Below are positions 51,556-60,836 of a stretch of DNA of 64,000 nucleotides, piece after piece. The notes under the pieces were generated by a model, which made no database searches, was not told the origin of the DNA, and worked only from the letters and a program-made list of their open reading frames with translations. The first letter of the stretch is position 1, and every line of letters starts with the position of its first letter. The stretch covers positions 2,048,001-2,112,000 of the forward strand of contig OY771555.1 in NCBI GenBank assembly GCA_963674785.1. The letters are read 5' to 3'. The stretch comes from Caldisericia bacterium (lineage in GTDB: Bacteria; Caldisericota; Caldisericia; JAAYUI01). The translations under genes were made by a program, and so were the position numbers.

Positions 51556-52220
51556 CAATAGATAAAAAAATGCTTATCGATGGGGTGATACCGTTTGGTG
51601 TCACCCTTTCTGATTATCAGCTTGAACAATTTGAAGAGTTCTACAATGTCTTGATCACGTGGAACAAAAAATTCAACCTTACAGCAATAACAAATCCCGA
51701 TGAGGTTGTTTCAAAGCATTTCGTTGACAGCTTGATAGCGAATGCTTTCCTGCCGGAAGACAAGGCAGGTGTTAAACATATCGACATTGGTTCGGGTTCA
51801 GGTCTTCCTGGTGTTGCATTAAATGTTGCATTCCCAGAGATTGAAACAGTACTCGTCGAATCGATTGGGAAAAAAGCGCGATTCTTGGAAACATTAACTA
51901 GAGAATTAAAGCTCGAGAATATCAAGGTAGTAAATGTTCGCGTTGAAGATCTTCCGGCCTTATATCCCGAATATAACTCATACTTCAATTTCACAACAGC
52001 AAGAGCGGTTGGAAGACTTTTGTGGCTACTCGAACTTGCTGCCCCAACAATGCAACCAGAATCTCGTATCGTTCTTTGGAAGGGAAGAGATCAGATTTCT
52101 GGACTCCCAAAACTAATGAATCAGATCAAGATGAGAGGATTTGATCTTGAAGAAACAAAGGCTTACAAAATCCCTCTGTGGAATATTGATAGATTTTTGA
52201 TTAGCTTAAAACGCTTGTAA
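51552..52220 (+). CDS. rsmG: 16S rRNA m7G527 methyltransferase
   Basis: WNKKFNLTAI, KHFVDSL, DIGSGSGLPG, ESIGKKARFL, TARAV. Confidence 0.95.
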   Translation: MTIDKKMLIDGVIPFGVTLSDYQLEQFEEFYNVLITWNKKFNLTAITNPDEVVSKHFVDSLIANAFLPEDKAGVKHIDIGSGSGLPGVALNVAFPEIETVLVESIGKKARFLETLTRELKLENIKVVNVRVEDLPALYPEYNSYFNFTTARAVGRLLWLLELAAPTMQPESRIVLWKGRDQISGLPKLMNQIKMRGFDLEETKAYKIPLWNIDRFLISLKRL

Positions 52221-52274
52221 TTGATGTTTACTCATATAGTATTTACCCCAAAGCTCGATGTTTAAGGAGGACAT

Positions 52275-53471
52275 ATGAAAGGTTTTAAGGGAAGAATCGA
52301 CACCTTACAGGAAAGACTTAAAAAACTTCGTGAAGAAGAACATCTTTTCTATAACAGAGAGATCCAGGAACACGATAATCAGTTCGTTGTTATTGGTGGA
52401 AAAAGATATCTAAACTTTACAACCTACTCATACATTGGTCTACTTGGACACCCAAGAATCAATAAGGCTGCAAAAGATGCAATCGATAAATTTGGTTCAG
52501 GAACTCATGGAGTTAGAATCCTTGCGGGAACGACCAGCGCTCATGTCAGTCTTGAAAACACTATCGCAAAGTACAAAAGGACTGAAGCTGCAGTAGTCTT
52601 TTCCTCAGGATATGTAACAAACCTTACAACTATTTCAAGCCTCTGCGGAAGAGGAGACGCGGTTTTTTGTGATATGATCAACCATGCATCGATTGTTGAC
52701 GGTTGCTTGCTTTCCTCTGCAAAGTTTGTCAGATTCAAACACAGCGACATGGCCGATCTCAGAAAAAAACTTGAAGAAACCGAAGCTGTTGGAAGAGTTA
52801 TTGTTGTAGACGCAGTCTTTTCGATGGATGGGGACATTGCACCACTTCCGGAAATAATTGAGCTTGCGAAAGAATTCGGGGCACTTGTTTATGTCGACGA
52901 AGCTCACTCAACCGGTGTTTTAGGAAAGACCGGTGAAGGCATAATGGAATACTTCGGTCTGACTGAAGGTGTCGATATTCTTATGGGAACATTATCAAAA
53001 ACGATCCCAGCAGCAGGTGGATACGTTGCTGCAAAAAAAGAGATAATTGATTGGCTCAAACACCAATCAAGAGCATATGTATTTTCTGCCGCTCTTCCCC
53101 CCGGAGCAACTGCCGCTGCTGAAGAGTCTTTCAAAGTGATGAAAGAAGAACAGTGGAGAATCACTAAACTCAGAGAAAACTACCAATACTATATCAAGAC
53201 CCTAAAGGAAGCTGGTTTTGATACAGGTCCATCAGAAACCGCCATTGTTCCAATCATACTCGGAGACGAATGGAGAACATGTGAAGCAACAAGACAACTC
53301 TTTGAAAACGGAATCTTCATCATGCCAATACTGTCTCCTGCGGTACCACCAAACACAAACAGATTGAGGGCAAACGTCACTTCCTGGCACACCAAAGAAG
53401 ATATAGATTTTATGGTCAATACTTTATCGGATGTCTGGAAGAATATGGGTATCAAACCTGGCTCTGAATAA
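52275..53471 (+). CDS. PLP-dependent alpha-oxoamine synthase (BioF/Kbl/SPT family)
   Basis: SYIGLLGHP, FSSGYVTN, NHASIVDG, VFSMDGD, VDEAHSTG, GTLSKT, PAVP...RLR. Confidence 0.9.
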   Translation: MKGFKGRIDTLQERLKKLREEEHLFYNREIQEHDNQFVVIGGKRYLNFTTYSYIGLLGHPRINKAAKDAIDKFGSGTHGVRILAGTTSAHVSLENTIAKYKRTEAAVVFSSGYVTNLTTISSLCGRGDAVFCDMINHASIVDGCLLSSAKFVRFKHSDMADLRKKLEETEAVGRVIVVDAVFSMDGDIAPLPEIIELAKEFGALVYVDEAHSTGVLGKTGEGIMEYFGLTEGVDILMGTLSKTIPAAGGYVAAKKEIIDWLKHQSRAYVFSAALPPGATAAAEESFKVMKEEQWRITKLRENYQYYIKTLKEAGFDTGPSETAIVPIILGDEWRTCEATRQLFENGIFIMPILSPAVPPNTNRLRANVTSWHTKEDIDFMVNTLSDVWKNMGIKPGSE

Positions 53472-54087
53472 ATACTAAAATATCAGAATCCGTTTCGATT
53501 GAGAACTCTCCATCTTCTGTGATGTTACTCAGACATCTCGAGGAAAATGGGGTCAGTGTGTCTTCGAACCTGAATTTCAATCGCCCAAGCCTTATGAATG
53601 CAGAACTATTTAACGCATATATGCTTACGATTGCGCCTGGTTTTGAAGTAAACCTGTGTAGTCCTTTTCTGAAAACTTGAATCTTAAACCCCTGAGTAAA
53701 TGATGTGATTGGAATATCATTTATTCTGTTGTTCAAGAGCAAATAATTACCAAAGGTATGATCAGGTCTGTTACCAATGAGTCCGATAACCTTAATTTCA
53801 GAAAATTGAGGTTTATGGTGCAGAAGAAATTGAACCGCTAATTCCCCATCGGTGAAGTTTTTATCCTCAGGATACTTCATTGTAGATATGCTGTTCTGAT
53901 TTATATACTTCAACCCATCTTTTGATATTGAATCCATATCTCCGATTACAATATCAGGGGCGATCTTAAACTTTATTGCAGAATCAAGACCCGAATCTGC
54001 ACAACAAACAAAATCAAACTTTCCTATAGAAAGAATATCTTTTTGTTCGACAGTGCCCCCCAGAAAAAGAAGCGCTACTTTTCCCAA
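53452..54087 (-). CDS. thiN: Thiamine diphosphokinase
   Basis: CADSGL, IGDMDSI, DKNFTDGELA, GNRPDHTFGN, LSN. Confidence 0.92.
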   Translation of the reverse strand: MGKVALLFLGGTVEQKDILSIGKFDFVCCADSGLDSAIKFKIAPDIVIGDMDSISKDGLKYINQNSISTMKYPEDKNFTDGELAVQFLLHHKPQFSEIKVIGLIGNRPDHTFGNYLLLNNRINDIPITSFTQGFKIQVFRKGLHRFTSKPGAIVSIYALNSSAFIRLGRLKFRFEDTLTPFSSRCLSNITEDGEFSIETDSDILVFIQSQV

Positions 54088-55598
54088 ACCTTTTCTCCAT
54101 CAACAAAGGTTGCCTTTACAGAAGTTTTCAATACATCCCAGGGAGCTTTCCCAATAAAATCATCTGTGACAATCAGGTCGGCTTTATAACCCTTTTCAAT
54201 ACTTCCTCTTTTTGGACCACCAATTATATCTGAGGAGTCTTTAAAGGCTATTTTCATGGCCGTGTTAAACGGAATTGCCTCTCGAGGATTAATTGTGCCG
54301 GTATTGATTCCTTTTCTCGTTGTGGCACACACAATTGCAAAAAAGGGATTGGCAGTTACAACTGGTGCATCGGAACCAAAACCAATCTTCACCCCAGCAG
54401 ATTTAAGCGACCTCATAGGATAAACCATGCTCTTAAGTTCTTTCCACTCAGAGTTTATCGATTCAAAATCAACAGGCATATGTGATGGATTCAGGACTAC
54501 ATTAACATCAGTTTTTGCTATCTCATTTATTGATGCGTTCGAGGAACACTGAAAATGTTCGATGGTATCTTTATTTGTTCCGTTTTTGAGAACCTTCACA
54601 ACATTATGAACAGCAACATCACCAATTGCGTGGATTGCCACACCAAATCCCTGTGTATGTGCTTTATCAACAATTTCTTGCATCTGTTCAAATGGCATAA
54701 CTGGAAGACCGTACGTACCGTCACTGTATGGCTTTGATATGAGTGCAGTCTTTGAACCAAGTGAGCCATCAGCAAAAATCTTTATCTGACCAAGCCAAAA
54801 CCTCTCCGTTCCGCTTCCTGTTTGGGTTGCCAAAGTGGTTGCCCAATCAAGAGCAGTATCCGGAATTGATGCTGATATTCGGAGTTTTAATAGATTCTCT
54901 TGTTCAAGAGAGGCAAGCATCAAAAAATCATCGAGAGTTCCAAAAGTCCTGCATGAAGTTATTCCAAGCGATAAAAGGTGTTCTTGAGCAAGAAGAACAC
55001 TTTCCTTAGTTTTTAAAGGGCTTGGATCAGGAATCAATGGTTTAATCTTTTCCGTAAAAACATTATCAAAAACAATACCAGTTGGTTTACCATCATTGTA
55101 TTGAACATGTTTTCTTAATTCTGGGTCTTTAATCTCATGTATCCCAGCAAGAACCATCATTTTGGAGTTAAGGAACCATGAGTGACCATCTGATCTCGTA
55201 AGTATTGCTGGATGATTTCCAGTTACACTGTCAATCAGTTCACATGTAGGCTTAACACCATCCTCCCATTCCTGCTCATTGTAACCGTAACCAAGCAGAA
55301 AATCATCGTCATCGAGTTTATCCGAAAAGTCTTTTACCTTATTTACAAGCTCAGTTGAGGTTTCAAGCTCCCTTAGATCACATCCAGATAGGATTTTCCC
55401 TAACCAGACCAAGTGTAGGTGTGCATCGGTAAAACCAGGTAGAATCACAGAATCACTATAATCAAAAACCTCATACCCTAAAGATTTATAATCTGTAAAA
55501 TCTCCAACTTCTTCAATCTTATCCTCATCGATGAGTACAGAATCGAAATTAAGCCCCTCACCCCAAACACGTTTCCCACGAATTACTTTTTTACTCAA
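54075..55598 (-). CDS. Amidohydrolase-3 (YtcJ-like) metal-dependent hydrolase
   Basis: PGFTDAHLH, DGHS..LNS, KIFADGSLGSKTA, HAIGD, IEH, FGSDAPV; likely TTG start overlapping the cdaR stop. Confidence 0.9.
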   Translation of the reverse strand: MSKKVIRGKRVWGEGLNFDSVLIDEDKIEEVGDFTDYKSLGYEVFDYSDSVILPGFTDAHLHLVWLGKILSGCDLRELETSTELVNKVKDFSDKLDDDDFLLGYGYNEQEWEDGVKPTCELIDSVTGNHPAILTRSDGHSWFLNSKMMVLAGIHEIKDPELRKHVQYNDGKPTGIVFDNVFTEKIKPLIPDPSPLKTKESVLLAQEHLLSLGITSCRTFGTLDDFLMLASLEQENLLKLRISASIPDTALDWATTLATQTGSGTERFWLGQIKIFADGSLGSKTALISKPYSDGTYGLPVMPFEQMQEIVDKAHTQGFGVAIHAIGDVAVHNVVKVLKNGTNKDTIEHFQCSSNASINEIAKTDVNVVLNPSHMPVDFESINSEWKELKSMVYPMRSLKSAGVKIGFGSDAPVVTANPFFAIVCATTRKGINTGTINPREAIPFNTAMKIAFKDSSDIIGGPKRGSIEKGYKADLIVTDDFIGKAPWDVLKTSVKATFVDGEKVWEK

Positions 55599-56787
55599 CT
55601 TGAATCCCAACCGTTGGCACCGTAACCAAGTACACACCTGAAGGCAAACCTGTTACTTCAACCTCTAGTTCATGGAAACCTTTTGCTAGATTTGTAATAT
55701 CAATGGTAACATTTGCACCCAATGCCTTATCAATCAGACTCTCGGGACCTCTAATAACTAAATCAACAGTTCTTGAACTGATTTGGTATAAAGCATCATC
55801 TGGTATAACTTTCACAGACAAGTTACTGAGAGTTTTTGTTGCAAGTTTTTCAATTATAAGCGTCGCTTTAACAGTTTTCTGATCTACAAACTCAGCCCCC
55901 TCTGGAAGAGAAACGGAAAGGGTGTAGGTATTACTCATGGTTATTCCATTTAGGTTTAGAGGAGTTGTGTTTAACACACTCAAATCCTTAAGAGTATTGT
56001 AGTCACCTTTAACACTTAAGGCTTTTGGCTCCCAATCCATTGAAGAAATAATATATCCATTTGGAATATTGCCACTGGTATTTAAAAGAGTTGGGATCAA
56101 ATGAGTGCTGATTTTCAAATCACCGGTATAACTGACGGAAACTTTTTGAAATTCGGCACTTATGTTGTTGGTCTTCCATCTTACGCTGCTAAACTCATCA
56201 TTCGTATTTGTGATAAGTTTGAATGGTAATTGTTCTACGTTCTCACCCGGTTTTGAGTCTGTCAAATCAACCGTAACCAACGCATTTTTTAAGGTAGAAA
56301 CAATACTATACGGACCGGAGATTTTTATCTGTTCAGGTTCAACTTGTGGTTCTGAGATATTCAATCCAACCTGCGCCTCACCAATAAATTCATACTGAAT
56401 GTCAAGCACGGTTGACGTATAGTTCTGAAGATCTATTGATACAGTTTTTGGTGAAATTTTATCTAAACTCACCTCAGATGGATAATTTGTTTCAATCTTT
56501 ATCTGATGAAAACCGGCATCTTTTTCAGAAAGGTTTATAAAAGCAGATATATTGTCCTTTGTAATGTTCTCCAAAACTCTTTCTGAACCACCAAGCGTTA
56601 TTGAGACTTCTGGAAGTTCACCCATCAAAATCATTTCCTGAGGAATATTTTGAGCAACAACAGGAATACCACTGAATTCCTTTGTTCCATCGGCACCCTC
56701 TTGATAATAGACATATACCCACAAAACAATGGCGCACACGAGGGCTAAGATTTTTATACCGAGATTTGAACTATTTTTTCGAGCCAT
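55591..56787 (-). CDS. cdaR: YbbR-domain regulator of diadenylate cyclase
   Basis: KILALVCAIVLWVYV anchor and four YbbR-like repeats; overlaps the 3' end of cdaA. Confidence 0.9.
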   Translation of the reverse strand: MARKNSSNLGIKILALVCAIVLWVYVYYQEGADGTKEFSGIPVVAQNIPQEMILMGELPEVSITLGGSERVLENITKDNISAFINLSEKDAGFHQIKIETNYPSEVSLDKISPKTVSIDLQNYTSTVLDIQYEFIGEAQVGLNISEPQVEPEQIKISGPYSIVSTLKNALVTVDLTDSKPGENVEQLPFKLITNTNDEFSSVRWKTNNISAEFQKVSVSYTGDLKISTHLIPTLLNTSGNIPNGYIISSMDWEPKALSVKGDYNTLKDLSVLNTTPLNLNGITMSNTYTLSVSLPEGAEFVDQKTVKATLIIEKLATKTLSNLSVKVIPDDALYQISSRTVDLVIRGPESLIDKALGANVTIDITNLAKGFHELEVEVTGLPSGVYLVTVPTVGIQVE

Positions 56788-57682
56788 TGAAATTATTCCT
56801 TATAGAGCTGAAAAATGTCGTCTTTTTCTGATCGAGCATATATCTTAAAAGACCCTCTAGCTCAACATCGGACAGATACCTTGTTAACGAACCAGCTGTC
56901 GCAAGTGAAATAATACCTGATTCCTCAGAAACGCATATAACAACAGCATCAGTCTCTTCAGAAAGACCAACAGCAGCTCTGTGCCTCGTTCCTAAATCTT
57001 CGTCGAGATTTGCATCCTTTGATAGCGGAAAAACACATCTGGCAAATGCAATCCTATCACCCCTGATTATTATTCCACCATCATGAAGAGGAGAAGAAGT
57101 ATTAAAAATGCTTTCAATAAGCCCCGATGTTATCAGAGAATCGATTCTTGACCCACGAGACTCATAATCACCAAGACCAACTTGTCTCTCAATTGCAATA
57201 ATTGCTCCTGTTTTTGATTTCGACAGATGGCTCATCGCATTTACAACTTCTTTTACCAAATGCTTTATCTGACCTGGCTCAATCAAATCAATAGGTTTTT
57301 CAAAAACAGACTTCCCACCCAAAGAGCCAAGGGCTTTTCGAAGCTCAGGTTGAAACAAAATCGCCAGAAAAATCAAAAGAGTTGTTGGTAAGATTTCAAG
57401 TGCTTTTCTTACAATGAAGTTGATCGAAATAAGGTTAACTGGTTTAAGACCTGTAACATAATCGATAAGAACCAACACAATCAGAAAAATTGCCAAACCT
57501 TGAAAAAGCTGCAAAGCTTTCGATTCTCGTACCACTTTTAGAATATAGTAGATCAGTAGGGCAAGCAAAAAAATATCAACGAGGGTTTGTATTATTGGAA
57601 TATTACTATTTGCCTGGGTAATTGGATTCACTGCCCAAAAGAGAGACTTCAATACCTGAGTCAGTGAATCCAGAACTGGCAT
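56771..57682 (-). CDS. cdaA: Membrane diadenylate cyclase
   Basis: N-terminal TM helices, FQPELRKAL, GAIIAIER, SPLHDGG, LGTRHRAAVGLSE, VSEESG. Confidence 0.95.
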   Translation of the reverse strand: MPVLDSLTQVLKSLFWAVNPITQANSNIPIIQTLVDIFLLALLIYYILKVVRESKALQLFQGLAIFLIVLVLIDYVTGLKPVNLISINFIVRKALEILPTTLLIFLAILFQPELRKALGSLGGKSVFEKPIDLIEPGQIKHLVKEVVNAMSHLSKSKTGAIIAIERQVGLGDYESRGSRIDSLITSGLIESIFNTSSPLHDGGIIIRGDRIAFARCVFPLSKDANLDEDLGTRHRAAVGLSEETDAVVICVSEESGIISLATAGSLTRYLSDVELEGLLRYMLDQKKTTFFSSIRNNFNGSKK

Positions 57683-57686
57683 CTAA

Positions 57687-58715
57687 TTAGTTATCCTCGT
57701 TGTTTAGTGAATCAACAAGTTCTCTGGGGGTCATTTCTTTTGCATCGGTTGGGATTTTTATATCAACATGATCACCAGAATCGATGCATGTGAAGTGGTA
57801 CTCACCCTGCTCGCTTATCGGATTCTCACCGGTGTCCTTAAAAACAATGTCGTACCAAACACCAGTTTTTGTGAATAGAAACATCACCGATTTTCCCATA
57901 AGAGGTCCTTCGGGATCCCAGGATGTCCTTACACCAATCAATAATTCATCTGGGTTTTTTGGATTTCTCACAAGAACCTGCTCATACTCCGTTGTATTTC
58001 CATATGAGTAAAGAGGCTCCAAAAACCTTTTAGGATTAGCGTTGCCCAAAATTGCAACCTCAAAATCCAAGTCCTCGGATGATTTGAATGTTATCCAGTC
58101 TGTTGTATCACCTTTGTAATAAACTTGAGGCACATGGTCTTTATACAACATTGAACCAATATTCTCAGGATCCGCACCGATAACGATTGTGTTATGTCCA
58201 GAATCAAGAGGTCCATCCATCGTGTTACTACTATCCTGGCTAAACAGTTGAGCCTCAGGTGTTACAACAAATACAGTTTCAATCTTATTGGCAACACTAT
58301 CTGAATCATCGAAATGTGAATACGAAATCGTTGAGTTTTTAAGCACATAATGAGTCTTTGAATACAACTGTTCCTGACAAACCGCAATCATAGATTCAAA
58401 CGAGCTGTGATTGAGTTTTATCTCAACCGGTTTCGAAAGATCAAATCCAGTTAGGTAACTTGAAAATCTGTCAAAACAAGGATGATCCGCGGTAATTACT
58501 TTCCTTGAAAACGGAGAGACCCATCTCTGAAACTCACCGCTCTCATTACAGAGAGTGGAAACCCCATCAATTGAAACCGAAGCAAATGGAACTGGTTCTC
58601 CTTTGCCAGAAGAAACAACAACCCCGCTAACCGATGACCCAAAGACTAGAAAAACCAGGAACAGTGCGAGAAGGAATCCTCCGATGATAAGTACGCCAAG
58701 ATTCTTCAGAGACAT
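57687..58715 (-). CDS. Membrane-anchored protein with carboxypeptidase-regulatory-like domain
   Basis: TM followed by VSGVVVSSGKGEPVPFASVSIDG...NESGEF; remainder unrecognised. Confidence 0.7.
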   Translation of the reverse strand: MSLKNLGVLIIGGFLLALFLVFLVFGSSVSGVVVSSGKGEPVPFASVSIDGVSTLCNESGEFQRWVSPFSRKVITADHPCFDRFSSYLTGFDLSKPVEIKLNHSSFESMIAVCQEQLYSKTHYVLKNSTISYSHFDDSDSVANKIETVFVVTPEAQLFSQDSSNTMDGPLDSGHNTIVIGADPENIGSMLYKDHVPQVYYKGDTTDWITFKSSEDLDFEVAILGNANPKRFLEPLYSYGNTTEYEQVLVRNPKNPDELLIGVRTSWDPEGPLMGKSVMFLFTKTGVWYDIVFKDTGENPISEQGEYHFTCIDSGDHVDIKIPTDAKEMTPRELVDSLNNEDN

Positions 58716-58717
58716 TA

Positions 58718-59221
58718 TCAGTATTCAGTTTCCCTTAATTTCCAATTGCCAGTCGAGTCTTTGGCTAAAAACATTGAACCGACAAACGAATCCTTTAAGA
58801 TTTTCACCTTATAAAGACCGTTTTCAGGTTTTCCAGGGTCTTTTTCTCTTGTTGTCTGATCATACTGCATGATAGTGTAAAGGACTTTTGCTTCTGTATT
58901 GACTTTATTTCTCATCACACCATCAATTCGGATGCCGACATATTCAGTACCGTGGTTTTTTCCACGTTCCCAGGTTTCTGTAAAGGTCGAAAGATCACCC
59001 TTTAGCTCCATCATTGGAGAGTTTTCAAGAATGTAAGACCATGCCTTCTCGTAGTCACCTTTGAAGCTTGCTTCAAAATAATTTCTAATTGCTTTTGCAG
59101 GAGTATCGATCATAAACAAACTAATCCCATAAAAAAAGCCGAACAGCAAAACGACAAGCAATATCCAGGTCAAAGGACCCGACAAACTGAATTTATTTTT
59201 TAACTCTAATGTATTTTCCAT
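58718..59221 (-). CDS. Membrane-anchored NTF2-like (DUF4878-like) protein
   Basis: TM then TPAKAIRNYFEA..GDYEKAWSYI ... LAKDSTGNWKL. Confidence 0.72.
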   Translation of the reverse strand: MENTLELKNKFSLSGPLTWILLVVLLFGFFYGISLFMIDTPAKAIRNYFEASFKGDYEKAWSYILENSPMMELKGDLSTFTETWERGKNHGTEYVGIRIDGVMRNKVNTEAKVLYTIMQYDQTTREKDPGKPENGLYKVKILKDSFVGSMFLAKDSTGNWKLRETEY

Positions 59222-59273
59222 ACTACCCCTCATTTTATTTATAGTAACTCATGTCAAACAAACTGTTTGAAGT

Positions 59274-59735
59274 CTATTTTGGAACCACGCCCTTGTATAT
59301 CTTCCATATGCCATCAGCAGGATCTTTTTTTAAGTAATAGTTTTTTGGATCAGATACCTTTGGGTTTCCAGAAACAAGATTGTTTGTCCTGATTTGAACT
59401 ACAGGAACTTTCATGTTTTCAAACGGATCCATTTCCCAAAAATAATCTAGAACCTCAACATTTGTGATTTTTGTTCCTGATGCCCTCGCAAGAATAAGGT
59501 CTTCAATGAATTTGTTCTTATCGAGTGTCGGACCACCTTTAAGTCTCATAAACTCAGATTGAGGATAGATATAATTCCAGGCTTCTTCATACTTCTCGTA
59601 TTGAACATCAAGGAAGAAATTTCTCACAGATTTTGTAGGAACATCTGGCACAACCCAAATCAGATACCAGAGACCAAACAACACAACCAAGATCACACCG
59701 ATTGCGATTAAAGCTTTTGTAGTACTTTTATTCAT
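59274..59735 (-). CDS. Membrane-anchored NTF2-like (DUF4878-like) protein, paralog of the adjacent gene
   Basis: TM then VPTKSVRNFF...YEEAWNYI ... LKKDPADGIWKI. Confidence 0.72.
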   Translation of the reverse strand: MNKSTTKALIAIGVILVVLFGLWYLIWVVPDVPTKSVRNFFLDVQYEKYEEAWNYIYPQSEFMRLKGGPTLDKNKFIEDLILARASGTKITNVEVLDYFWEMDPFENMKVPVVQIRTNNLVSGNPKVSDPKNYYLKKDPADGIWKIYKGVVPK

Positions 59736-59750
59736 ATATATGCCCTCACA

Positions 59751-60836
59751 CTACTTTTGATAATCAACTATATCATTCTGATACTCAACATAAAGATTTC
59801 TTACAAATTCGCCACTAATTTCCATATTCTTATTGGATTTCCAATCAGAATAAACCCTCTCTCTAACCGAAATCTCATTCATCTTCCCGTTTGAACTATC
59901 AAAAATGCTAAATTTTCCATCAAAATCGGGGGACTGGGATGGGTTTCTGTAGAGGAGATTGAGGATAAATATCCCATTTGTTGTTTCAACATACAGTGGT
60001 TCACCAATCTTTGCCGCACCTGGATAACCCTCATAAGGCGGGAAAAGTGCGTTAGCAATTTCTGGAATTGGGATATCTGATTTTGTCATAATCGGCATCA
60101 GACCACCAGCTTCTCTGACAGCATCATTTTGTGAGAAATCATTCACAACATCTGCAAAGTCCTTACCACTATTAAGGAATCCAATAGCCTTTTTGCATGT
60201 TGCCATATCAGGCACCATAAGCTGTTGATACTCTACTGCCTCGGGCATAACATAGGTTTGTCTGTTCTGATCAAAATGAGATTTTAACTCAGTGTCTGAA
60301 GGTTCTGGAACTTTTGCAGAAAGTGGATCGAGAACACGCTCAAAAACGAGTTGATGCTCCACCTGCTCCCTAAATTCGTCCTCAGATATGTTTCCCTGTT
60401 CTAGGTATGTGTCAATATTAACTTGGCTTTGACTAAGAACAGCTTCAATCCTTTCATCAACCTGTTCATCGGTAATAGTGTTAAGATTGTTTCTCTCAGC
60501 ATAAGTTAAAACCAGGAAGAAATCAGTAAGATTTGAAATAGCCTGTTCTCTAAGTTTACCCTCAAAAAGGTCAACTTCTTCTTGGCTACTTCCCTCGGGT
60601 GCAATGTACCCATACATTCTCATATTGGTTATTTCTTGTTCGACCCTTGCTTCAGTAATCTTGAATGAGCCAACCTTCCTAACAACCTTTGAGTTATCAA
60701 TAGATGTCTTTTTCCCGGATGTGTTGTCGCCACTTGGATTAAAGAAAAAAACAGCCCAGACTATAAGGATGGCGACAATGCCGATTCCAATTCCTAAAAT
60801 CTGTATTATCTGATTCTTTTTCATATTAGTATTCAA
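59751..60836 (-). CDS. PrsA/SurA-like foldase with degenerate parvulin domain
   Basis: TM anchor, SurA-N-like helices (ITDEQVDERI), GKDFADVVNDFS...GGLM; parvulin His residues absent. Confidence 0.8.
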   Translation of the reverse strand: MNTNMKKNQIIQILGIGIGIVAILIVWAVFFFNPSGDNTSGKKTSIDNSKVVRKVGSFKITEARVEQEITNMRMYGYIAPEGSSQEEVDLFEGKLREQAISNLTDFFLVLTYAERNNLNTITDEQVDERIEAVLSQSQVNIDTYLEQGNISEDEFREQVEHQLVFERVLDPLSAKVPEPSDTELKSHFDQNRQTYVMPEAVEYQQLMVPDMATCKKAIGFLNSGKDFADVVNDFSQNDAVREAGGLMPIMTKSDIPIPEIANALFPPYEGYPGAAKIGEPLYVETTNGIFILNLLYRNPSQSPDFDGKFSIFDSSNGKMNEISVRERVYSDWKSNKNMEISGEFVRNLYVEYQNDIVDYQK

